From positions 1 through 54,583 of the forward strand of contig JAKFCT010000034.1 of assembly GCA_036676495.1 (NCBI GenBank): 54,583 nucleotides of DNA, given 5' to 3'. Below, piece by piece: positions 10,218 to 18,284 of this stretch. Made by a program: the position numbers and the translations under genes. The notes beneath the pieces are model-generated. The model had not been told where the DNA came from. It worked only from the letters and a program-made list of their open reading frames with translations, and did no database searches. Each line of letters starts with the position of its first letter. Positions within the stretch are counted from its first letter, which is position 1. Source of the stretch: Candidatus Sericytochromatia bacterium (GTDB lineage: Bacteria > Cyanobacteriota > Sericytochromatia > S15B-MN24 > UBA4093).

Positions 10218-10676
10218 TTAAAACTCGATCGTCAGACGGATCAGCGATACCTGATCCCGCGAAAACGTCATCTCACCCTTGGGACCCTGGATCCGGATCG
10301 CTTGCTCCGTCGCCCCCAAGAGCGCGCCCTTCCATTCCTTCTTGCCGTTGACCGGCGCGAAGGTCTTGACCAGCACCGGCTGACCCTGGAAGCGCTCGAA
10401 ATCCCGATCCGTCCGCAAAGGCCGCTCCGCCCCCGGCGAGGAGACCTCCAGGTTGTAGGCCCCGGCGATCAGGTCCCGCTTGTCGAGCTCCTCATCCAGC
10501 CGGCGGCTCATCGCCTCGCAGTCCTCATGGGTGATCGGACGATCCTCGCGGTCGATGTAGACCCGCAAGATCATCTGCCCGCCCTCTTTGACGTACTCCA
10601 CGTCCCAGACGGCGAGGCCCAGATCCTGGGCCAGAGGTTGCGCCATGTCGGCAACCTCTTCGGCGATCTTGGCCAT
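10218..10676 (-). CDS. rimP: Ribosome maturation factor RimP
   Basis: YNLEVSSPGAERPL motif; first gene of the nusA operon. Confidence 0.96.
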   Translation of the reverse strand: MAKIAEEVADMAQPLAQDLGLAVWDVEYVKEGGQMILRVYIDREDRPITHEDCEAMSRRLDEELDKRDLIAGAYNLEVSSPGAERPLRTDRDFERFQGQPVLVKTFAPVNGKKEWKGALLGATEQAIRIQGPKGEMTFSRDQVSLIRLTIEF

Positions 10677-10741
10677 GTCTCTCTCCTCAATCTGGCCTCA
10701 GCACCCCGCTGCCCCCGGGACCCTTCGGCAATACCACCTAG

Positions 10742-10773
10742 AAAAGAAAGAGCGGGTGCGACACCCACTCTCC
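10742..10773 (-). promoter_or_regulatory. rimP leader hairpin/attenuator
   Basis: Sense strand reads GAGAGTGGGTG-TCG-CACCCGCTCTTTCTTTT, matching the conserved AGAGTGGG..CCCRCTCTTT rimP-leader pattern. Confidence 0.75.
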
Positions 10774-10929
10774 CGAAACCTCTCGATTTTGGGCAGAAAA
10801 CCGGTCTCCCGGCCTCGACCAGCCCCATGGGGCGGCATCCGTTACCCAGTATATCACAGATCGTTAACCATGGGCGCCTCCACCTCTCGGGCAGCACCCA
10901 CGGCTAACGTTTCGCGTTCCATCGGCGGT

Positions 10930-11087
10930 CGCGGCTCGGGCTTCCGAATGCCGTCGACCGAGTAGCCTACTTGCTGTAGACCTCCGGCTTGAGGATGCCC
11001 ACGAAGCGCCCGCGGCTCAGGCATCCGAATGCCGTCGACCGGTAAGCCTACTTGCTGTAGACCTCCGGCTTGAGGATGCCCACAAAG
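10930..11087 (-). repeat. Tandem duplication (period 81 bp) of the hpt 3' end plus downstream sequence
   Basis: 10930-11006 matches 11011-11087 with about 6 mismatches. It includes the last ~12 codons and the stop codon. Confidence 0.95.
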
Positions 11088-11644
11088 GGAAGATTGCGGA
11101 ACTTCTGATCGTAGTCGAGCCCGTAGCCCACCACGAACTGATCCGGAATCGTGAAGCCGACGTACTTGACCGGAACCTCGACCAGGCGGCGCGCCGGCTT
11201 GTCGAGCATGGTGCAGATCTCCAGCGACGCCGGCCGGCGCTCCATGAGCGTCCGAACCAGGTAGGAGAGCGTGAGGCCGGTGTCGATGATGTCCTCGAGG
11301 ATCAGGACATGCCGACCGGTGATGGTCTCGTCCAGGTCCTTGAGGATCCGCACCACTCCCGAGCTGCGCGTGGAGGCCCCGTAGGAGGAGACGGCCATGA
11401 AGTCGATTTCGAGCGGAAGATCGATCGCGCGCATCATGTCGCCGAAGAACAGCGCCACGCCCTTGAGCACCCCGATCAGCACCACGTCCTTGCCGGCATA
11501 GTCGACGGCGATCTGCTCACCGAGCTCCCGAATGCGATCCTTGATCTGCTCCTCGGAGAGCAGGACGGACTCGATGGCGTCGACGAGGCGGGGATAGGGA
11601 AAGCTCACGGGAGACTCCTTCAGGGTCGATTCAGGGGCGGACAT
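11048..11644 (-). CDS. hpt: Hypoxanthine phosphoribosyltransferase
   Basis: VLKG, VSSY, VLILEDIIDTGLTL and FVVGYGLD motifs. Confidence 0.96.
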   Translation of the reverse strand: MSAPESTLKESPVSFPYPRLVDAIESVLLSEEQIKDRIRELGEQIAVDYAGKDVVLIGVLKGVALFFGDMMRAIDLPLEIDFMAVSSYGASTRSSGVVRILKDLDETITGRHVLILEDIIDTGLTLSYLVRTLMERRPASLEICTMLDKPARRLVEVPVKYVGFTIPDQFVVGYGLDYDQKFRNLPFVGILKPEVYSK

Positions 11645-11665
11645 CGGTTCTCCAAATCTCCGGCG

Positions 11666-12019
11666 CTACCACTCGAAGTGGTACTTCGCCGTCATCTGCA
11701 TGAGGTCGCGGTGGCAAAGCAACTTGACCCGGACGTCGGGGTAGAGCTCCCGCATCTTCCGGATCTTCCGGTTCTTGCGGGTGACCAGGCGCTGGCGCAT
11801 GGCCGTCAACTCGATATAGATCCCCTCCACCGGGAGGTAGAAGTCGGGTGTGAACTGCTCGACGATCCGCCCGTCCTCTGCCCAGCGCAAGGGAAAGCTT
11901 CGAGGCTCGTATTCCCAGGCGATCTGATAGAAGTCGAGAAGCTTCGCGAACTCCCGCTCTGCGGGATGCGCGAAGCGCGTGGAGTCGAGCTTCTTATCAC
12001 CATCACCTGGTGCATCCAC
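11666..12019 (-). CDS. Small PD-(D/E)xK-like nuclease-fold protein
   Basis: E..FA.LL....I.WEYEP...FTPDFYLP...YIELT pattern. GTG start at 12019 follows a GAGGAG RBS. Confidence 0.7.
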   Translation of the reverse strand: MDAPGDGDKKLDSTRFAHPAEREFAKLLDFYQIAWEYEPRSFPLRWAEDGRIVEQFTPDFYLPVEGIYIELTAMRQRLVTRKNRKIRKMRELYPDVRVKLLCHRDLMQMTAKYHFEW

Positions 12020-12246
12020 GACCCGTCTCCTCGGAGCGTCCGACGCCCCCCTGGCCACGACGCTCGGCACCCCCTGGCGGGGCAGCGGCGTGCGAAGGGT
12101 GGGTTCAGATGCTCACAGCGGCCCTTGCCTCCCTTCGAATCCTAACAAATTTGCAAGCAGGCTGCCAGGGGGGAAACCCGGAAGGCCGAAACCTGAGCGC
12201 AAAGGACCGTGCGGCCACGCAGCCCGTTTTCGACCGCGCGCTGCGC

Positions 12247-12347
12247 AAACCTCCTATCGAAAGGCCTTTGGCCCAATTACTCGGTTATCGCACTGACGTG
12301 CCGGAAACCGCATATCGAAGGGCCCTTGGCCCAGTAAATCGGTTATC
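12247..12347. repeat. Imperfect 43-bp direct repeat (period 58 bp) in a divergent promoter region
   Basis: AAACCTCCTATCGAAAGGCCTTTGGCCCAATTACTCGGTTATC versus AAACCGCATATCGAAGGGCCCTTGGCCCAGTAAATCGGTTATC. Confidence 0.85.
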
Positions 12348-12446
12348 ATTTACGGGGCAACGTGGTATAAGCAAATAGCCTAGCAAGCCTCCATGCGCCG
12401 GGGGCCCTAAACGTCCGCTAGAACAGAGTTCACAAGGAGCTAGCCC

Positions 12447-13265
12447 GTGCTCAAGAAGACCATCGCCCTGGCTGCAGGCCTCAGCCTGCTCACCGGCTGC
12501 ATCGCCAGCCGGGAATTCGAAAGCCTCAACAAGACCCTTTCGAAAGGCACCCTCCTGGTTCGCTCCCTCACGGTGAGCAACCCCCAAGATGGCAACACCA
12601 AGGTTACGAACTTCCTGGGCTGGATCTCGCTGAGCGGCGCCGCCCCCAGCAAGCTCGAGCGCTTCGACGGCATCACCACCGTCACGCTCACCGGGGACCT
12701 CTCCAAGAACTCCTACCCCGACGAGGACTCCCCCACCAACGACCTGAACCCCGGCCAAAATTACCTCTACACGCTGACCTTCGCGGAGTCGACGGCCACC
12801 CAGAGCATCACCCCGGCCCTCCTTCCCGACACCCGTCTGACCTCGAACGAGCCTAACGGCACCAACGTCGCCCCCGCCTCGTCCCCCACCCTCAAGTGGA
12901 CCCGCAGCGGCGCCCTGCCCAAGGGCTTCGTCGTGACCGTGGCCCGGATGAGCGACGATCCCAACGGCGGCTTCGGCGGCGGCTCGCTCAGCGGAGGCAC
13001 CCCCACGTACATCGCCTTCCTCGACGCCGCCTCCCACTCGACCGAGGTGACCTACGGCACTCCTTCGGACCTCGCCGCCATCACCGGAGACGCGCTCCTC
13101 AAGGACTCCCTCAAAGCCATGCCGGGCAACTTCTTCGCCGAGAAGAACGAGGCTCTGACGAAGGGCATCTACGCTTGGACCATCGTCGCCATCGACCATG
13201 ACGACGCCAAGACCGCTTTCGCCATCGACAAGCCCGACTCGCTCGGGATCTTCACCGTTCAGTAA
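12447..13265 (+). CDS. Lipoprotein of unknown function
   Basis: Lipobox LLTGC, AAGGAG RBS, beta-rich sequence. Confidence 0.8.
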   Translation: MLKKTIALAAGLSLLTGCIASREFESLNKTLSKGTLLVRSLTVSNPQDGNTKVTNFLGWISLSGAAPSKLERFDGITTVTLTGDLSKNSYPDEDSPTNDLNPGQNYLYTLTFAESTATQSITPALLPDTRLTSNEPNGTNVAPASSPTLKWTRSGALPKGFVVTVARMSDDPNGGFGGGSLSGGTPTYIAFLDAASHSTEVTYGTPSDLAAITGDALLKDSLKAMPGNFFAEKNEALTKGIYAWTIVAIDHDDAKTAFAIDKPDSLGIFTVQ

Positions 13266-13292
13266 GCGCGAGAAGAAGGAGAATACCCCGCC

Positions 13293-14840
13293 ATGAAACG
13301 CGTCCTTGCCCTCGGGCTTGCCCTCAGCCTCCCTCTCGCCGCCTTGCCGGCCCATGCCAACGTCACCGGCATGTCCTACGATGCCCGCGCGCTCTCGCTG
13401 GGCGGCTCCTTCTCCGCATGGGGCAACCAGGACATCAACTCCCCCTTGGGCAACCCCGCCCTCCTCTCCCGCCAACGCGGCACCTTGTTCATCGGACCCA
13501 ACCTCGGCCTCAACCTCGGCAACAACGCCGTCGGAACCGCCGAGATCCAGGGCCTGATCAGCTACGGCCAGTACCTCTCGAGCTACCAGGCTGCCGCCAG
13601 CGGCGGCGAGATGCCGGCGGCCGTGCCCTTCCCCAACGTGATCCCCGATGACGGCCTTCGCCTCTTCGCCGGAACCCAGGTGGGCCTCGTCGGCCTCAAG
13701 ATCGGCAACCTGGGCATCCGCTCCTACGCCCGCGGCGGAGTGGAAGCCCATATCTCGGCGCCCGAGATGTTCTCGGTCCTGCGCAACTTCGACACGACCG
13801 ACCGGAACATCGCCCGCGAGATCAAGAGCCTCAACGACAACCTCAGCTCCAACTCCCCCGACTTCAACGCGGCCATCGCCACGGTCGGCAACATCAAGCA
13901 GGCGATCACCGGCAAGGACGGCTTCGGCCCCCTCATGAAGCAAAATGAGGCCGACAGCGGCGAGCGCAAGATCACCCTCGCGGTCAACGAACAAGCCTAC
14001 GTGACCACCGGCGTCACCTATGCCCAGGAGATCGGCAACTTCGGTCTTCCCGGCAAGCTGACGGCGGGCGCCACCGTGAAGCTCTTCAACGGCCTCGGCG
14101 CCATGAACCTTCCCGGCAACACCATCCAGACCTCGAACAACCAGCCCATCCCCCTCGGAGTGCCCGGCCGACTCGAGATGACCACCAAGCTCAACGTCGC
14201 CCAGCCCCTGACCGACATGAACGCCGCGCTCGACCAGTTCGCCGCGGATCCCCTCCAAAACGCCTCCGCGTTCACGGCGGCCGCCGACAAGTTCACGAAG
14301 GACATGCAGGCTCCGGGCCGCGTCAGCACCGAATACACCTCCTACGCGGCCGGCGCGATGGGAACCGGCCTTGACCTCGGCATGACGCTCGCCGTCAACG
14401 ACGCCCTCACCGTGGGTGGCGCCGTCACCAACGCCGTGGTCGTCTGGCCCGGCACCAAGACGGTCTACACCGGCGGCTACAACGGTTCGAGCTTCCAGCT
14501 CAACCAGCAGGGCGGATCGGAGAACATCAACTTCACCGACACCGAGCCCATGGGCCTGCAGGTGGGCGCCGCCTACGCCACGCCCATCCCCGGCCTGATG
14601 GTCGCCGCGGACATCCAGCAGAACTTCGACGGCTTCGGACCCAGCCTCCAGCTGGGAGCCGAGGAGAGCCTCTTCAACATCCTGATGTTGCGCCTCGGCG
14701 GACGCGTCGGCGGACGCTACAGCTTCGTCGGCGGCGGTGTCGGGCTCAACCTCTGGCTCACCCGGGTGGATCTCGCCGCCGCGATCGACACGGCCGGCCG
14801 AGGCGGCAACGTCGCGGCCTCCTGGTCCCTCGGCTTCTAG
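13293..14840 (+). CDS. Outer-membrane beta-barrel (FadL/TraF/PorV-like superfamily) with helical inserts
   Basis: Signal peptide ending AHA, ARALSLGG...NPA plug motif, GLDLG strand and C-terminal aromatic SLGF. Confidence 0.7.
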   Translation: MKRVLALGLALSLPLAALPAHANVTGMSYDARALSLGGSFSAWGNQDINSPLGNPALLSRQRGTLFIGPNLGLNLGNNAVGTAEIQGLISYGQYLSSYQAAASGGEMPAAVPFPNVIPDDGLRLFAGTQVGLVGLKIGNLGIRSYARGGVEAHISAPEMFSVLRNFDTTDRNIAREIKSLNDNLSSNSPDFNAAIATVGNIKQAITGKDGFGPLMKQNEADSGERKITLAVNEQAYVTTGVTYAQEIGNFGLPGKLTAGATVKLFNGLGAMNLPGNTIQTSNNQPIPLGVPGRLEMTTKLNVAQPLTDMNAALDQFAADPLQNASAFTAAADKFTKDMQAPGRVSTEYTSYAAGAMGTGLDLGMTLAVNDALTVGGAVTNAVVVWPGTKTVYTGGYNGSSFQLNQQGGSENINFTDTEPMGLQVGAAYATPIPGLMVAADIQQNFDGFGPSLQLGAEESLFNILMLRLGGRVGGRYSFVGGGVGLNLWLTRVDLAAAIDTAGRGGNVAASWSLGF

Positions 14841-14853
14841 TCTCACGACCCTG

Positions 14854-14881
14854 ACGGCGGGGGCAGAGTGCCCCCGCCGTC
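14854..14881 (+). terminator. Stem-loop after the barrel gene
   Basis: GACGGCGGGGGCA-GAG-TGCCCCCGCCGTC hairpin with a weak T tract. Confidence 0.5.
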
Positions 14882-14917
14882 GCTTCAGCGCCTGCGGCTA
14901 CTGGTAATAAGGTTCCC

Positions 14918-15538
14918 ATGCCCCTGCCTCGCACGCCTTCCGACCCCATGACCCCGACCTTCGAGGGGGAAACCCGTCAAGTCACCATCCTCTTCTCGGA
15001 TCTCGAAGGCTTCACCGCCGTGACCGAGCAGATCCCCCCTCATGAGGTCGTCGGCTTCCTCAATCGCTACTTCACGGCCATGGCCGAGCCCCTCTCGGCT
15101 CACGGCGGCCGGATCGACGCCTACATGGGAGACGCCATGCTGGTGGTCTGGGACGGCGCGGATCCCCTTCGAGATGCCCAGAACGCCGCCCAGGCCGCCC
15201 TCGCCATGCTCGAGCGCATGGAGGCCCTCCAGCTCGAACGGCTCGCCGAGGGAAAACGCCCCGTCAAGGTCCGCATCGGCCTCTCCTCCGGCACGGCCCT
15301 CGTCGGCGAGATCGGCGCTCCGCAGTTCCGCCAGTGGACCGTGATCGGCGACGTCGTGAACACGGCGAGCCGCCTTGAAGCCCTCAACAAGCAGTTCCAC
15401 ACCGACATCCTGATCTCGGAATCCACCTACCAGCTCATCCGCCCCTGGGCGGAGGTTCACGCGCTGGGCGCCGTCACCCTGAAAGGGCGCAGAGAACCGC
15501 TGGACTGCTATGCCCTGCTGAACTGGAGAAACGCATGA
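14918..15538 (+). CDS. Stand-alone class III adenylate/guanylate cyclase catalytic domain
   Basis: ILFSDLEGFT, YMGDA, RIGL.SG and TVIGDVVNTASRLE motifs. Alternative start at 14948. Confidence 0.9.
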   Translation: MPLPRTPSDPMTPTFEGETRQVTILFSDLEGFTAVTEQIPPHEVVGFLNRYFTAMAEPLSAHGGRIDAYMGDAMLVVWDGADPLRDAQNAAQAALAMLERMEALQLERLAEGKRPVKVRIGLSSGTALVGEIGAPQFRQWTVIGDVVNTASRLEALNKQFHTDILISESTYQLIRPWAEVHALGAVTLKGRREPLDCYALLNWRNA

Positions 15539-16311
15539 CCTGGGTTGACTGGGCCGATTTCCTGCGCGACCTCACGGCGGTGGGAAGCGTCACCACCGTC
15601 CTCGTGCTCGCCGCCAAGCTGATCCGGCCCGGCCACACGCACGATCGCCTGGCGGCGATCGCCCTGGGCTTGGCCACCCTCGCCTCCAGCGCCGCCCTCT
15701 TCATCGGGCCCTTCGCGGGGGGACGGCTCGAAGACTGGGCCCTCTTCTGCGCTCCGGTGCTGCTGCTCTACTGGTGGCTCGAAGCCGAGCTGGGCACCCG
15801 CATCCTGGGACTCGCCGCGGGAGTCGCCACCCTTCCGGCCTTGCTCTACGTGCCGCGCACCCAGGTGATCGAGGTGGACGCGCTGACGGGCTGGCCCGCC
15901 CTCGCCGAAGCCGGCGGCGTGGTCGCCGGAGGCATGATGGCCTTCGCCGCCGCCAACCTGATCCTGGCCTTCTTCTATCGCAAGACGGGCGCCATGAACG
16001 CGCGGAAGACCGGACGGTACTTCGCCATCAACGCGGAGACCATCTCCGAGGTGATCTACCGCCTGGTCGCGTGGGGGCTGCCATTCGGGATCTTCGCGGC
16101 GATCGCCGGCCTCGCGGGGGTCATGGCGGGGCAAGTGCTCTGGGCGGTGCCCCTGACGTGGACCCTCTCGGCCCTCCTCGGCGGCGTCTATGCCTGGCGC
16201 TGCCGCCGACAAGGCTACGAGGTCGGGCTCCGGCCCTGGCTACTGCTGAGCGCGACGGCGGCCACCATGCTGGGACTCGGATCGCTCGGAATCCTTGGTT
16301 CCGTGTTTTAA
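15535..16311 (+). CDS. Polytopic membrane protein, distantly CcsA/ResC-like
   Basis: About 8 hydrophobic helices; ETISEVIYRLVAWGLP resembles the CcsA LD.L.YR...GFP segment. ATGA overlap with the cyclase. Confidence 0.6.
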   Translation: MTWVDWADFLRDLTAVGSVTTVLVLAAKLIRPGHTHDRLAAIALGLATLASSAALFIGPFAGGRLEDWALFCAPVLLLYWWLEAELGTRILGLAAGVATLPALLYVPRTQVIEVDALTGWPALAEAGGVVAGGMMAFAAANLILAFFYRKTGAMNARKTGRYFAINAETISEVIYRLVAWGLPFGIFAAIAGLAGVMAGQVLWAVPLTWTLSALLGGVYAWRCRRQGYEVGLRPWLLLSATAATMLGLGSLGILGSVF

Positions 16312-16359
16312 GCCCGCCGCAACCGTGCTAGAATCGGACATCCAAGGAGGAGAATCCGG

Positions 16360-16920
16360 ATGCTCAAATCCCTTGCCCAGGCGTTCAAGCGCGAGCGGGC
16401 CCCGAAATCCAAGACCCGCGAAACCGTCGAGACCTTCGTGGTGGCCATCATCCTGGCCCTCGGCGTGCGGGCGACGGTGGCTGAAGCCCGCTTCATCCCG
16501 TCCGAATCCATGCTCCCCACGCTGGAAGTGGGCGATCGCCTGATCGTCGAGAAGGTCACCTATCGCCTCCACCCGCCCGAGCGCGGCGACATCGTCGTCT
16601 TCGATCCCCCCCCGCGCAGCGGCTTCGACCGGGGCAACGCCTTCATCAAGCGCGTGGTCGGTCTTCCCGGAGAGACCATCGCCGTCCGTGAGGGCAAGGT
16701 CTACATCAACGACCAGCCCCTCCAAGAGGCCTACCTCATGGAGGCGCCCACCTACGAGATGGACCCGCTCCTCATCCCCGCCGGAAACGTCTTCGTCATG
16801 GGCGACAACCGCAACAACTCCGCGGACTCCCATGTCTGGGGCGCACTGCCCATCGACAACATCATCGGGCGCTCCGCCGTTCGCTTCTGGCCCCCGGTCC
16901 GCATCGGACTGACCGACTAA
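16360..16920 (+). CDS. lepB: Signal peptidase I
   Basis: IPSESMLPTL (Ser), FIKRVVGLPG (Lys) and GDNRNNSADS motifs. Confidence 0.96.
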   Translation: MLKSLAQAFKRERAPKSKTRETVETFVVAIILALGVRATVAEARFIPSESMLPTLEVGDRLIVEKVTYRLHPPERGDIVVFDPPPRSGFDRGNAFIKRVVGLPGETIAVREGKVYINDQPLQEAYLMEAPTYEMDPLLIPAGNVFVMGDNRNNSADSHVWGALPIDNIIGRSAVRFWPPVRIGLTD

Positions 16921-16926
16921 CGCCGG

Positions 16927-18099
16927 ATGCGGTCCTGGGCGCGCCTCCTCCTCTTCGCTTGCCTGCTGACGGCCGGACTCACCGGCCTCGGCGCCGCCCG
17001 GGCCGAAGCCACGACCCTCCGGATCGGCATCGTCGACGGAGCCGCCTCCTTGCGCTTCGCCACCTCCGCTCCCGCCCGCATCCTCGACGCCCAGGGCCGC
17101 AGCGTGGCCACCATGAAGCCCTCCGAGGCATGGAGCGCCACGCCCTCCGGCACCCTGCAACTACTCTCCCCCACGGGGAAAGCCCTCCCCGTCCCCAGCC
17201 CATGCCGGATCGTCCCCGTTGATGCCAGCGGCATCCCCTTGGTCTTCATCGGCGATCGCTGGTACCGCGGGGACCTCGAGATCCGCCTTCAAGACGGCCA
17301 GATCGTCGCCGTCAACCACGTGCCGCTCGAGGACTACCTCTACGGGGTCGTCCCCGCTGAAATGCCCTCCCACTGGCCCCTCGAAAGCCTCAAGGCCCAG
17401 GCCGTCGCCGCCCGCACCTACGCCGTCGCCAACCGCGGCAGCTACGGCAGCCGGGGCTACGACCTGAAACCCACGGTCGCCAGCCAGGTCTACAAGGGAG
17501 CCGCCGCCGAGACCTCCCTCTCGAACGCCGCGGTGAACGCCACCCGGGGCCAGGTCGTCACCTACAACGGCAAGGTGATCCGCGCCTACTTCCACGCCTC
17601 GGCCGGCGGCTACACCGAGAGCGCCGACGCCGTCTGGGGCGAGAGCCTCCCCTACTTGCGCCCCGTCCCGGACTTCGATCAACGCTCCCCCAAGTACACT
17701 TGGCAGCGCTCGTACTCGGCCGACGAGATCAAGAACGGGCTCACCAAGATCGGCCAGGACGTCGGCGACGTCATCCGGATCGAACCGCTCCAGCGGGCCT
17801 ATTCGGGACGGGTCACCCGGGTGCGCGTCACCGGCACCCAGGGCATCCGCGAGCTTGCCGGAGAGCAGTTCCGCCATGCCATCGGGCTCTTCTCGACCCT
17901 CTGGAACGTCCTGGGACACCCCCAGTCTGAGGCCTCCCCCTCGCGGTTCTCCTTCGCCGGCCGCGGCCATGGCCATGGGCTCGGCATGTCCCAGTGGGGC
18001 GCCAAAGGGCTCGCCGAGATGGGCTATCCGTACGCCCAGATCCTGCTTCACTACTACCCCTCTGCGCAGCTCAGCATGCTGCCGAGTGACGGACAGTAG
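16927..18099 (+). CDS. SpoIID/LytB domain protein (lytic transglycosylase)
   Basis: LEDYLYGVVPAEMP, KAQAVAARTY and GHGLGMSQWGA motifs plus a signal peptide. Confidence 0.92.
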   Translation: MRSWARLLLFACLLTAGLTGLGAARAEATTLRIGIVDGAASLRFATSAPARILDAQGRSVATMKPSEAWSATPSGTLQLLSPTGKALPVPSPCRIVPVDASGIPLVFIGDRWYRGDLEIRLQDGQIVAVNHVPLEDYLYGVVPAEMPSHWPLESLKAQAVAARTYAVANRGSYGSRGYDLKPTVASQVYKGAAAETSLSNAAVNATRGQVVTYNGKVIRAYFHASAGGYTESADAVWGESLPYLRPVPDFDQRSPKYTWQRSYSADEIKNGLTKIGQDVGDVIRIEPLQRAYSGRVTRVRVTGTQGIRELAGEQFRHAIGLFSTLWNVLGHPQSEASPSRFSFAGRGHGHGLGMSQWGAKGLAEMGYPYAQILLHYYPSAQLSMLPSDGQ

Positions 18100-18110
18100 C
18101 CCTGCCTGGT

Positions 18111-18284
18111 ATGGTGGATAGCGACTGGAGCCGCTGGGCCCTCTACGGAGCGGGCTGGTTCCTGCTTTTCCTCGGAGGGCGCTCTTGGGCCCGCCAGCAC
18201 GGCAGGCCCATCCCCATGGCCTACCTCCTTCTCATCGGCATCCTGATCGTCCTCCAACTTTACTCGGAACTTGCCTTCAAATGA
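18111..18284 (+). CDS. 57-aa two-helix membrane protein (absent from the ORF track)
   Basis: MVDSDWSRWALYGAGWFLLFLGGRSWARQHGRPIPMAYLLLIGILIVLQLYSELAFK. It fills the gap exactly and its stop overlaps the queA start (ATGA). Confidence 0.7.
   Translation: MVDSDWSRWALYGAGWFLLFLGGRSWARQHGRPIPMAYLLLIGILIVLQLYSELAFK

Noticed and set aside
10930-11087. Prophage or island attL/attR pair at hpt, and similarly at queA
   Set aside because: The copies are nearly adjacent, with no integrase or cargo between them. They are reported as duplications rather than as an element.
12165-12235. c-di-GMP-I riboswitch (GGGAAAC...GAAA...CGCAAAG)
   Set aside because: Only scattered motif words match, and I could not build the required P1/P2/P3 stems.
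13293-14840. Conjugative element implied by TraF-like similarity
   Set aside because: No relaxase, coupling protein or VirB4 is present, and the context is core genes.
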